Source: Octopus vulgaris (lineage: Eukaryota). Taken from it: 64,000 nt of DNA. Position numbers and translations under genes: made by a program. The notes below the pieces were generated by a model. The model was not told where the DNA came from and searched no databases. It saw only the letters and a list, made by a program, of their open reading frames with translations. Below are positions 46,259 through 59,694 of this stretch, piece after piece; the stretch's first letter is position 1, and each line of letters begins with the position of its first letter. Location of the stretch: positions 28,892,001 through 28,956,000 of the forward strand of contig OX597836.1 in the NCBI GenBank assembly GCA_951406725.2, in the 5' to 3' direction.

Positions 46259-46718
46259 TAATTGTGTGTGTGTGAGTTTCTATAATTTATATATATGTGA
46301 ATGTACATATATATTATATATATATATATCTATATATATACATACATATATATATATATATACATATACATACATAAATACATACATATGTATGTGAGAA
46401 TATAATTTGTATTGTTTAGGTTAGGCACGTGTATCTCTGTTTTAGTGTGTGTGTGTGTGTGTGTATGTGTGTGTGTGTTTATTTATCTGTAATAATCCTA
46501 AGATAAATGTGTCTTTGCATATTCATATATTATGTATGTGTGTGTAGGTGTAGGTGTGAATACCTGAATGTCACATGTTACTATTCTTAAATAGTGAAGT
46601 TTGTGTGTGTGTGAGTGTTTGTAGAGTTGTGTGATGAAAATGTAAAATTATACTGTGGGCGTGGTATGTGTGATATGTTTATCAATAAATATCTGTACTA
46701 TAAATGTCTTTCCATGTG

Positions 46719-46769
<51 letters not shown>

Positions 46770-48810
46770 GTTTATGCGCATGTTTGTATGTCTATCATCA
46801 TCATTATCTTCATCATTTAACGCCCATGTTCCATGCCGGCATGGGTTGCACAGTTTAACCCTCTACTGGCAGCATCCCTATTCACGTCCCATACAACTTT
46901 CATGAGCCATTTGTCTGCTCTTAGCTTCCTTAGAGACCACCAGATCACAGAGCATTTGCAGATACATAATGTATATGTACTCTGTGTGTGTAGATATATC
47001 TATATTTGTATATGTATATATGTAATACATGTATGTATGTCTATAAATTTGGGTGTGTAAATATATACACACTTACACACGCATATACAGATGTATCTAT
47101 ATTTGTATATATATATAAATATACGTGTATGTATGTCCATAAATTTGTGTGTGTAAATATATACACACTTACACATGTATATACAGATGTATCTATATTT
47201 GTATATATATAAATATACGTGTATGTATGTCCATATACAGATGTATCTATATTTGTATATATATATATAAATATACGTGTATGTATGTCTAAAAATTTGT
47301 GTATGTAAATATATATATACACACACATACATATACACACACACAGATGTATCTATATTTGTACATATATAATTATACATGTATGTACGTCTAAAAATTT
47401 GTGTATGTAAATATACACACACACACATATACATCTATATTTGTACTTATATAATTATACATGTATGTATGTATGTCTATAAATTTGTGTATGTAAATAT
47501 ACACACACATGCACACACACATATTTATATACAGTTCTATCTATATTTGTATATATGTATATATAAATATACCTGTATGCATCTTTATAGATTTGTGTAT
47601 GTAAATACACACACATACACACACACACACATATTTGTGTGTTGAACATCTCTTCCAAAGCTAGTATATAAAAAATTCAGCACCCAACTTTAGTCAGTAT
47701 GGACATGACTATGGGGAGTATTACAGAAATAGACATATATAATCGTGATATTTCAGTAAATGGCTCTATAGGTATCTGATTAGTTTCATATGGATTCTTT
47801 TATTTAGTTTCAGTTATTGGACTGTGGGCTTTGCTGGGGCATCACCTTGAAGGGCTTAGATCAGTGGTTCCCAAAGTGGGAGGATCTGCTCCCCTTGGGA
47901 ATTGTGGAAAGATCTAGGGGTGGGGGCGTCGAAGAAAAGTGGGACGATGGATGTAAAAGAAAAATGATAAAATAAGGGATTAATTGGGTTAAGTTTTATT
48001 TGTGAAATGTGAAGGTTTGTGGCTTAGTGGTATTGTAATGTCATGAGTTCAATTCCCAGGAATGTGTTGTGTCCTTGAGCAAGACACTTTATTTCATGTT
48101 CCACTCAGCTGGCAAAAATGAGTTGTACCAGGCCTTGTCACATTCTGTGGAGCGCTCAGCCACTTGCCCGTTAATTTCATGAGCAGGCTGTTCCGTCAAC
48201 TGGATCAACTGGAACCCACATCGGCGTAACCAACGGAATGGCAGTTGGTTTAGTTTTATTTGTGAAATATAGTTGTTTTGAATTTTCTGCAGAAAGGGGT
48301 CTGTGTTTGCCATAGGGAGTGGGGGAGAGGTCACTAGGAATGTGGTCCAGGTGCCAAGAAAGTGGCAGCCTGCAAAAGTTTGGGGGAACCACTGGTTTAG
48401 ATAATCAAATTGATCCAAATACTCGCAAAGTTATGGAAACATAAACAAACCAACAGTGTGTGTGTATGTGTCTGCTCATACATCATCATCATCAACATCA
48501 TCAGTTAACGTCCGCTTTACATACTGGAATGGGTTAGATGGTTTGGTTGGAACTGGTATGCCAGAGAGCTGCATACCAAGTTCCAATCTGATTTGGCATG
48601 GTTTCTACGGTTGGATACCTTTCCTGACACCAACCACTTCAAGATTGTAATGCGTACTTTTATGTGCCACCAGCACAGGTGTCACTTACGTCACAAATAC
48701 ACACACACACATGCACAAGCAAAGTAACTAGCTCTAAAATCTTGATAAGAGATACAAGTAGTAACTCTACTGTAAAGTAATGGTTGTTGCCCCCTTGACA
48801 TGGTTGTTCT

Positions 48811-48850
48811 GTACTGAGGACAGGTAAGACCCTGAAACCAGCTGGTCTAC
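48811..48850 (+). ncRNA. Minimal type-I hammerhead motif
   Basis: gta-CTGAGGA-C-AGG-taagac-CCT-GAAAC-CAGCTG-GTC-tac; 10-nt palindromic stem III ACCAGCTGGT. Confidence 0.7.
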
Positions 48851-49191
48851 TGGTCCTGTCACTGCTGGATGGGAGTTGTTCACTCCCTTGTTTGCAATAT
48901 AATGGACACAGATATTATGTCAATAACCAACTGGAGGGGGTGTCCTCCTGGGGTTAAAAAGAGTAGTAACATTGTTCTGTACAGAACAACTACATTGAGG
49001 TGATAACAACCATTGCTTTCATCATCATCATCATCATCGTTTAACGTCCGTTCTCCATGCTAGCATGGGTTGGACGGTTCGACCGGGGATCTGGGAAGCC
49101 AGAAGGCTGCACCAGGCTCCAGTCTTATCTGGCAATGTTTCTACAGCTGGATGCCCTTCCTAACGCCAACCACTCCGGTGTGTGTGTATAA

Positions 49192-49357
49192 TGAGGGGGT
49201 GCTGAAAAGTTCCTGGTGTTAAGGGTGCCGTAAAAGGCCTGAAGGACTATGCAGTGTGTGAATCTGAGCGGAGAATATGCTGAATAAAATCAGATTTAAC
49301 TGATCCCTTCCTATATTTTCTTTTACATAAAGCCAGGAACTTTTCAGCACACCCTTA
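49192..49357. mobile_element. Mariner-type MITE (related copies 57840-58038, 58946-59374)
   Basis: TIRs gagggggtgctgaaaagttcctgg / ccaggaacttttcagcacaccctt; the 57840 copy is TA-flanked. Confidence 0.75.
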
Positions 49358-50788
49358 TGTGTGTCTGTATATAAGCTACTTACCACACAGGCACTCCTGT
49401 GCCGATATATATATATATGTATTTTCACATATATTATCAGGAAAATTATTGGTTTCCATTTTATACTTGTATCTGATAGCCAGTATCCTTGGGGCTCCCA
49501 AGGTGTTTGGATCTTCTGGGACCTGTATAAGAGGGGCTTAAAGGGAAGCTCCCAAAATCACACCCTAACAATACAGATATCAATGAATATTGGTTCGGTT
49601 GCTGACAAATACGTCTCTACCAGAAGAGGTCCTCTCAGCCACAGTAGAGTCCGTACAGGAGCAAGAACAATGAACCATCACACACATATACACACTCGCA
49701 TACCTAGTCATACACGTGTGCACATCATAGAAGTGTCAAGTGTCATGTTAACACAGACATGCACACACACACACACACATGTACACACACTGTAATATTT
49801 GCTTTTGTTTTAGATTTTCATAATATACATTACTACCAAGAAATAAAACAAAAGTTTATATATATGTGCGTGTGTGTTTAATTACTTTAACAACTCTTGC
49901 ACAATGTAATTCTTTCACATATATATATATATATATGGATTTATTTATATATTTATATGAATTTGTGTGTGTGTATATATATATATGCATGTATGCATAT
50001 ATGTATGTATATATTTATATGTATATATGAATTTATATATTTATACACATGCATACACACACACAAAGGAGCTTTAATTTTCAACATGTTATTTAAAACA
50101 GCCCACACAATTATGCTCCAATTTTAGCCACTTTTAACAATGAACTTTCAGTTTTGTTCTTGCTTTGCTTTGTTCTTTCCTTTTTATTTATCTTAAAACC
50201 ATAAATGTCCTGAATTTGTGGATCTTTCTCAACGTACCTGGTCATCTTCTCTCTGGGTCGATTGATTATTTGTAACAGTATCTATTACCAAATTGTAATT
50301 GTACACACCTTGACAACAAAACTAAGACCAGTTTTATAATGTCATATCTTCTTTCCAATGGCTGCACTATCTCTTTGATGTGAAGTATTCTGTTCCAACT
50401 TCATTTTTACAAGAGAGGAAGGAAGCCTCTATCTCAGTGGTTCTCAGCTGGGGTCCATATGGCCTTTAGGGGTCCCTATAAGATTTTCTGTTAAATTTGG
50501 TTATACTTCTATAATTAAAAAAATGTTATAACAATTTTTTTAATTCCTAATTATGTTTAATTATGAAAATATAATTGGATTTTTTTAACATTGAATGGTT
50601 AGGAGGGTCCATCTGTGTGAAATAGGAATCAAAGGAGTTCATAAGTAAAAAAATGGTTGAAAAATACTGCTGTATGTAATCACCCTTGAGAAATAGCAGC
50701 TCAATCTACCTCAAAAGTACTGCATTAGTTAGTCTAGTCCAGGATATATAAAATGACAGTGTTTATTGGTTGGATGTCTTTGGTCATA

Positions 50789-51282
50789 CTGTGTTTTCCA
50801 GCATCCAAGTTGAGTTTTTCAATATTTACCACCAAAAATATGTTGGTCGACTTGTATACCAAGACGACTTTTAAGGACCAAAAAATTCCATGTGAAATGC
50901 AGCAGGATTTGGAAAGACAGGGAAAATATTTGAATGTTTACACTAAGTATGGCAGTTTGTATGTCATAAAATACTATATGTGTGCATGAACTAACAACAA
51001 AGGAAACCTCTATATGGTCAGTAAACCTGTTAGAAATAGCAGCTAAATCTCTTTCATATCATACCCATTAGTCTTACCATATTTTTCTAGCATACAACTT
51101 AAATCTTTCAGACCAAAATTTACTGCCAAAAAAATAAAATAAAAGTAGTGTAATTTATACACAACGATGACTTTGAAGGACCAAAAAGTCCTTGAGAAAA
51201 TGCAGCAGGATTTGGAAAGATAGTGATGATGTTTGAATGTTTACACTATATACTGTGTCGACTTGTATGCCAGAAAATACAG
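50789..51282. mobile_element. Tc1/mariner (pogo-like) non-autonomous DNA transposon
   Basis: TA flanks; TIRs ctgtgttttccagcatccaagttga / tcgacttgtatgccagaaaatacag; internal duplicated block (aaatgcagcaggatttggaaaga). Confidence 0.65.
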
Positions 51283-53598
51283 TAAGCCTGTTCTGTTGAG
51301 ATGGACTTAGGCTAAACAACTAGTAAGACCAGTGAGCCACCATGACCGAATTACATCTTGATTGTTGAAATCAAACCAACAAAAATGGACATTATCATTC
51401 AACTGAGTTTTGGCTACTCTAAAATGGTATTAAGAAATACCAGATGCATCTATCACAACTACAAAATAAAAATCAAATGGAAATTGTAGTTGTGATACAT
51501 GTGCCGGTGGCACGTAAAAAGCACCATTCGAACATGGCCGATGCCAGCGCCGCCTGTGCTGGTGACACGTAAAAAGCACCAACCAATCGTGGCCACTGCC
51601 AGCCTCCCCTGGCACGTAAAAAGCACCAACCAATCATGGCCACTGCCAGCCTCCCCTGGTACTTCTGCCAGTGGCATGTAAAAAGCACCCACTATACTCA
51701 CGGTGTGGTTGGTGTTAGGAAGGGCATCCAGCTGTAGAAACACTGCCAGATCAGACTGGAGCCTGGTGCAGCCTCCTGGCTTCCCAGACCCCGGTCGAAA
51801 TGTCCAACCCGTGCTAGCACGAAAAACAGATGTTAAACGATGATGATGATGATGATCTACATTACCATGTACCACTGTCATGCCATTGGTGATGTGATGT
51901 CGACATCCTTTCTGCCATATACACAAAGCAGAACACCTGACAGTACCCCACAAGGTACTGCTAGGATAACCACATTGGTCTATGGTTGCTCAACCTGCTA
52001 TATACTCCCTGAAATCACACCCCCAGGATACATTAACTCTCACATAACCTTAATTCAGTTGAAATACACTGCCCTCATTTTGGTTAATTGTTAAAATAAC
52101 AAAAGGCTTTGTAAAATAACTTTGTCGTAATTAAGCTGGTATTTGGAACATAAATTAACACGAAATTTTAATCGAAGGTTTTAATTTAGATCATTTTCGA
52201 CTGAAAGTTTGTGTCATAGAACCCAAGGCAGCCTCAGGTGGGTGGGTATCAAAAGGATGGTCATAGCTGAAATGCCATTGATCATAGGTGTGCTTTGTCA
52301 GAGTTGATCTAGGGCTAATCAACAACTTCAACCCAGAAGCATAAGATACATAGATGCACTTTGTTGTAATCCAAATATATAAAAGATGGATTAGGAAATA
52401 TGAACATAGGCGCTGGAGTGGCTGTGTGGTAAGTAGCTTGCTTACCAACCACATGTTTCCGGGTTCAGTCCCTTGGGCCGACCAAAGCCTTGTGAGTGGA
52501 TTTGGTAAATGGAAACTGGAAGAAGCCCATCGTATATGTATGTATGTGTTTGTCCCCCCAACATCGCTTGACAACTGATGATGGTGTGTTTACATCCCCG
52601 TAACTTAGCGGTTCGGCAAAAAGAAACTGATATAATAAGTACTAGGCTTACAAAGAATAAGTCCTGGGGGTCAATTTGCTCGACTAAATGCAGTGCTCCA
52701 GCATGGCCATAGTCAAATGACTGAAACAAGTAAAAGAGTAAGAGTAATTTCTAAATAAAAGATCAACTGGTGCACAGTTATGTGAACATGGGTGCCGGCA
52801 TAACTGTGTATTTAAGAATTACACTTCATTAACCACATGGTTCTGGGTTCAATTCCACCAAATGTCAGTACATTAGGAAAGTGTCTTCTACCATAGCCAC
52901 AAGTTAACTAATGCTTTGGTAGTGGAAGTGGGTCAACAGAAACTGTGTGGAAGCCTGCTGTGTGTGTGTGCTTCTTTGTACACATGTAAAACTGGTGCAC
53001 AAAAAAGAAAAGCAGTGCATCAGGTTGTATCCTGTTACATCACAAAGAACGTAACTTAGCCATTGAATTAATAGAGATCAATAAAATAAATACTGGAGTC
53101 GATACCCTCATCTAAAAAATCCTTAAAGGCCGTGCTCCAGCATGGCTGCTCTCCAATGATTGAAACCTGTAAAAGAATATATGCATGTTGTTGTTGTTGG
53201 TGGTGGTGGTGGTGGTGTTGTGTTCTTTTAGTTTCAGATTATCTGAACTGACCCCTGATAAATAATATTCCACCTGGGAACAGTCCACCCAGGAGATGCA
53301 GTTTAGCTAGAACCACATTCAGCAGTGTGCCGTTCTTTCTTTAAAGGTGTCAGACTGTCATCTGATGGTAATTTGGTTACTACTTCCAACATATCAAGCA
53401 TATCAACTTCTTACTCTTTGTATCACATGTATCTTATTTTCAGGTATAGTGTATCTAGGACTATATTATCAAATTTGTCCTTTCTTTTTTAAGCTGGTAA
53501 ACTGTGGTTCATGGGAGATTTGGTTGCTATTTCTAGTAAGCTGAGAATTGTGTAAAGCTTCTCTCATTGGCACATATAAGCGAGTATGTATGTGTATG

Positions 53599-53639
<41 letters not shown>

Positions 53640-54369
53640 TTGCACATAAGTATGTTTAGTGTATACCTTTATATATATATATATGTGTGTATGTGTGTGT
53701 GTGTATGAATGTACATATGTGTGGGTGTGCATATCTGAAATTATATCTAAAGTTCTGTCTTCATCTTAGTAAGAATGCCAAAACAATCTCCATAGCTGAA
53801 ATTCTCCCGAAATTCCATCAGATCTGTGTAGGGTGAGGTTTATGCCAATCGATTTGATCTCATCTTTTTTTCATTATGAAACACAGCTTCTTTGATATAA
53901 TGATAATAATAAGACTGATAATAATTTCAAATTTTGGCACGAGGCCAGCAAGTTCAGGGGAAGGGGATGAGTCGATTATATCGACCCCAGTGCTCAACTG
54001 GTACATATTTTATTGACCCTGAAAGGATGAAAGGCAAAATTGACCTCGGTGGAATTTGAACTGGGAATATAAAGGCAGACGAAATACTGCTAAGTGTCTT
54101 GCCTGGTGTGCTAACAATTCTACCAACTGGTCGCTTTAAAAATCATAATGATCCTTTCTATTAAAGGCACAAGGCCTGAAATTTCAGAGGGAAGGGATTA
54201 GTCGATTACATTGACCCCAGTGTTTCACTTGTACTTATTTTATTGACCCCAAAACGATGAAAGGCAATGCCAACCTCAGCAGAATTTGAACTCAAGATGT
54301 AAAGACAGACGAAACGCCACTAAGTATTTTGCCCAGCGTGCTAATGGCTCTACCAGCTCACCACCTTCT

Positions 54370-54400
<31 letters not shown>

Positions 54401-55119
54401 CCTTTCTACTATAGGTGCAAGGCCTAAAATTTTGTGGGAGGAAGCTAATCAATTACCTCAACTCCAGTGCTTGACTAGTAGTTATTTTATTGATCCCTGT
54501 TTGATGAAAGGCAAAGTTAGCCCCAGCAGGATTTGAACTCAGAATGTAAAGACAGATGAAATGCCACTAAGTATTTCGTTCAACATGTTAATAATCCTGC
54601 CAGCTCACTATCTTGATGATGATGATAATCTTTTCTACTCTAAGCACAAGGTCTGAAATTTTTGGGGAGGAGACCAGTTGATTAGATCAGCCCCAGTACG
54701 CAACCGGTACTTAATTTATCAACCCCTAAGGGATGACAGGCAAAGTCGACAATAATAATAATCCTTTCTACTAACGGTACAATGCCTGAAATATTCAACT
54801 GAAAAATCCTTAAAGGCCATACTCCAGCATGGCTGCTCTCCAATGATTGAAACCTGTAAAAGAATATATGCATGTTGTTGTTGTTGTTGTTGGTGGTGGT
54901 GTTTCTTAGTGGCATTTCGTCTGGTGGTAGAGGGGGCTACTCGATTCAATCGACCCCTTATATAACTGGTACTTATTTCATTGACCCCAAAAGGATGAAA
55001 GGCAAAGATGAATGAAATGCCACTAAGCATTTTGCCTGGTGTGCTAATGATTCTGCCAGCTCACCACTTTGATAATGATGATGAGGATGATAACGACACT
55101 GGGATATGAAAATGTTATT

Positions 55120-55450
55120 AGATAAGCAAATGGCGTGTTCATGGCCAGATATTGTAGCACTCAATAAAGAGGAAAGAATGCTTAATAAATGTTGCTCGTC
55201 CATTTGATACAAGAGTTGTAGACAACGGATTTGAGAAAATAGGAAAATACCAGGACCTATAAATACTGTCTTCAAAGAATTTAGAATTGGTGTAAAGTTA
55301 TCATATTCCAATTGTAATGAGAACTTTTGGGAGCGGCAAGAAGTTTAAATGGTTTGTTATGGATATTGGATATTAGGATAAACTTCCTGACTCTACAGAA
55401 GGCCTCTTGGCACAGAAAGAGCCGCATGAAAGTGCAAAATATCTAGGATG
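55120..55450 (+). mobile_element. R4/NeSL-type non-LTR element, restriction-like endonuclease C-terminal fragment (frameshifted)
   Basis: WPDIVALNKEE...INVARPFDTRVVDNGFEKIGKYQDL (cf. RPDIV...D..IP.D....EKxxKYQDL). Confidence 0.7.
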
Positions 55451-56469
55451 GCAGGATGTGACTTGATGTCTACTAATACAATACCAGCCGGATAACAAAG
55501 AAATTCTAAACCATTGCTTAGCCCTCCAGCATTATCAGATTATTGAATCAAATCATCATCATTTAACGTCCATTTTCCATGCCAGGAGGCTGCACCAAAC
55601 TCCAGTCTGATCTGTCAGTGTTTCTACAGCTGAATGCCCTTCCTAATGCCAACCACTCCATAAGTGTAGTGAGTGCTTTTTACATGCCACCGGCACAGGG
55701 GCCAGAGGAGGCTGGCAAAGGCCACAATCGTTTGATGCTTTTTACGTGTCACCAGTGGCCCTGGCATCGGCCACATGTGGATGGTGCTTTTTACATGCCA
55801 CACTGGTGGAACCCATGAATATTTCACGGAATTGACGGTAAACTTGTTGGGGTGACTCTGAAAACTTTATAGATTCAAATGAATACACTTGATTCATCAG
55901 TACAAGAAACTCTAAGACGTCTAAGTGTCTTGCTCAAGAACACAACACACAGTCCGGTCCAGGAATCGAACTCACTACCTTGTGATTGTGAGCCCAATGC
56001 TCTAACCACTGAGCCATGTGCCCTTCACACACTTATAAATATGATGATTTATTACTGGACCAAATTCTCTTAAGATATTTAGATTCTTACATTGCTTTTA
56101 CATTCTGAGTTCAAATCCTACTGTGCCTGCCTGTACCTTTTACCCCACCCTCAGGACCACCAGATGGATAAAACAGATACCAAGTGTGTTGGGGAGTGGG
56201 GAATAGGTCAGCAGGGAGAAGAAGTGCCTCTAGATAGCCACTTGACCTGCTGGAAATAGTAGCCAACTTGTCTTCAAACTGGGTCTTATTGTCTTTAAGA
56301 AAGGCTCTGTTGCCTAGTGGAGTTCAAAGTAAGCTATTTTCTTGATGGCCACAGGTGGAATGTCTTTGATCATAGGTCTGCTGGCTCGAGCCTAACATGG
56401 GAATCAACATCAAGGGAATGAGGAGTAATTCAAATTTCTGGTGCCGTGTTAATGTAAAATAAGAAGGTC

Positions 56470-56674
56470 GTCATCATCATTTTCATCATCATCATCATCA
56501 CCATCACTATCACCATCATCAATGTCGTCTTCACCATCATCATCATCGTCGTCATCTTCATCATCATCGTCTTAATTATTATCATCATCATCACCATCGG
56601 TGTCTTCATCACCACCACCCTCATCATCATCATTGTCTTCATCATCACCATCATCGTCTTCATCATCATCATCT

Positions 56675-56705
<31 letters not shown>

Positions 56706-56850
56706 CATCACCATCATCACCATCAACATCTTCATCACCATCATTGTCTTCATCACCATCATCATCACCATCATTGTCTTCATCACCATCATCATCAACA
56801 TCGCCATCATCGTCTTCATCACCATCATCATCATCATTGTTCTCATCATT
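56470..56850. repeat. (CAT/CAC/CGT)n trinucleotide tract
   Basis: Low-complexity tract; explains poly-S and poly-M ORFs. Confidence 0.95.
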
Positions 56851-58081
56851 ATTTTTTCCTTTCTTTCAATATTTTCCTGATTTCAGTCCGCAATTTAGGA
56901 AATGGGAAATGTTTGAAAAATGGGGAAGGATCTTTTTTTCTTTTCTTTTTTTTTTCTTTTTCTTTTTTGCATTTGTCCATTCTTTAACCACTCCACCCCT
57001 TCTTCGTTTCCCCCTCCCCCACCCACCGCATGACATTTCACTGCATTTGTACATCTTCCTCTCTGTCATTGTGTTGCATCTATTTGCATTGTAGGTTAGC
57101 TAAACATCCACTGCTGGTGATTCTGATCTCCGCTGGGACAAACAGATGCACATCTGCCATAAAAGTGTTTGTTGTTGTTGTTGTTGTTGTTGTTCGTGTT
57201 GTTGTTGTCGTTGTTGTTGTCTCATGCAAATTTCAATAGGAAACTGCTTTGGGATGTGAGAATTGTTTCATTTGTGCATGTGCGTGCCTCTGTGTGTGTG
57301 TTGTGTGTGTGCGCATGTGTGTTTTATTGGTTGTTTCTTTATAAGCGTATGTACATCTATATACCTCTTTGAGTATGTGTGGGTATGTATGAGTATGCAT
57401 GTGTGTGTGTGTGTGTCTCCTCTGTGGTGGGGGGGTATGAATACATATGCCTCTCTGTGTATATCTGCTAGTGTGTGTGTGTATGTGTGTGAATGAGTAT
57501 GTGTATATCTGTATTTGCTAATGCGTGTGTGTGTCGATAGACTTGGTTGATTCTTTGTACGTGTATGTACGTCTATGTACATTTTTGTATAACATATAGG
57601 TATGTGTAGGTATGCATGTGTTTGTAGCTGCTAATGTGTGTATGTATGTATAAACATGTTGATTTCTGTTTACTATGACTCAGTATGTATGTGTATGTGT
57701 GTTGATATATATATATATATATTAGCTAATTGCAGCCCACCTGCAATTTATTGATATAAATACCTGTGCAGGTATTTATATCAATATGTGTAAGTAGGCA
57801 TGTATAAGTTTAGGTGTATTGTGATAGTTTGGACACGTACAAGGGTGTGGTGAAAAGAAAATACCGGAGGATCAATTAATTATGGTTTTATTCAACATGC
57901 TCCCCTCTCAGATTCACATACTTATTGCAGTGGCCCTTCAGATTTTCTAAGCCCTGTAAAAGAATTTGGAAGTTTGGGCCTCCAACCAGGCCTTTCACAA
58001 TACCCTTAAAGCTAAGAACTTTTCATCCACCCCCCTTGTATACATATATACAAACTTAGGTATATATATATATATATATAT

Positions 58082-58295
58082 ACCGCGTCAGATGCCATGA
58101 TAGATCGTTAGCCACTACACACATTTATTTTTCCTCTTTGTTTCTCTCCTTGTTTTCTGTGTCCCTTTCTGTAGAAGAGCATAGGCTCGAAACATAAAAG
58201 ACTTTTTCTATTCCTGAGCGTTATACTAATACATCTGTTTGTTTTGTACACCACCTGTCTTCATCTTTTGTTGTTTTTTACGTAAACTCTCCCTA
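58082..58295 (+). mobile_element. (TA)n-flanked short element with degenerate hammerhead (58165-58200); reverse copy at about 36640-36830
   Basis: cttt-CTGTAGA-A-GAGC-atag-GCTC-GAAAC-ATA-aaag; related to the 27058/2746 family. Confidence 0.6.
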
Positions 58296-58901
58296 TATAT
58301 AGGGGAAAAGAAAACAGAAAATGCACATTAGATATAAAAAATAAAGGCTTTTTAAAGAAAAGCAAAGATATATATACATACAATTAGATGATTTGAGGTG
58401 GAATTATGAAGTATAAAAATCATTATTAGGAATCATTGAGATTCAAAGTCATACCGGTATCGTCAAGGCTAATCACTGACTTTCAAAGTCAGTGATCAGC
58501 TCTGACGATTCTGGTATGACTAATTGTATGTATATATCTTTGCTTTTCTTAAAAAGCCTTTATTTTTTTATATCTAATGTGCATTTTCTTTGGTGTGTCT
58601 GGGGAGAGACATTTTCTTTTCGTGCTTTATAATTTAACACACTCACCGGTGAAATTTCCACTGGAGCATGGCCTTTAAGGATTTTTTAGCTGAGTGTATC
58701 AACTCCAGTATTTATTTTATTGATCTCTATTAATTCAATGGCTAAGTTACGTTCTTTGTGATGTAACAGGATGCAACCTGATGCTCTGCTTTTCTTTTTG
58801 TGCACCAGTTTTACATGTGTACAAAGAAGCACATACACACACACACACAGCAGGCTTCCACACAGTAGTCTTTTTTCTTTGAAACCTATTTCTATTATAC
58901 A

Positions 58902-58949
<48 letters not shown>

Positions 58950-59140
58950 AGGGTGCTGAAAAGTTCCTGGCTTTGGGTAAAAGAAAATACAGGAGGATCA
59001 GTTAATTATGATTTTAATGAACATATTCCCCTCTCAGATTCAGAAACTTATTGCAGCAGTCCTTCAGTGTTTTTCTAAGCCCTGTACAAGAACTCAGAAG
59101 TCTGAGCCTCCAACCAGACCTTTTTGCGATACCCTTAAAG

Positions 59141-59341
59141 CAGTGGTTTTCAACCAGGGTTCCGCCAGTACAGTCCAGGGTTTCCGCAAGAAGTTACAAA
59201 ACTGCTAAAATCGGCAGTAATTTTTAATTCTCCTGTGCAGATATGTGTGCATAAGACTATTAAATTATTGCACAGGGGTTCCTCGAGCCAGTGGAATGTT
59301 TCCTTGGGGTTCCACTCCAGCAAAAAGTTTGAAAAGCACTG
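59141..59341. mobile_element. hAT MITE nested in mariner MITE
   Basis: TIRs cagtggttttcaa / ttgaaaagcactg; perfect 8-bp TSD CCTTAAAG (59133-59140, 59342-59349). Confidence 0.85.
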
Positions 59342-59694
59342 CCTTAAAGGGAGGAACTATTCAGCTCCCCCGCGTAGAAGATGTCACACTTGAAGAAGCT
59401 CGTAGTGGTGTGGATATGTGATAGAGTAGAATGTGCCATTGTCTGTAAAGGCCACCATCACCACCACATCCCCTACTACTACTACTACTGCTGCTGCTAC
59501 TACTACTGTAGTTACTGGTGTCATGTAAATGGCACCTGTAAATGGTTGTTACTAATGAGGGCAGGGGTAGGTCACAGTAATGAATAGCAGCTACTGGCAT
59601 CAGTGGTGGCATCGAACCCCGAGTCAATTGTGAACGAGCAGACTTATGTTCAACATCGTATCCTTTGCTTGGGATTTGTGTATTTTTGAGCTGC

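Noticed and set aside
50235-50410. Minus-strand exon ending at a cag|gtacgt donor
   Set aside because: The frames examined contain stops and no partner exon was found.
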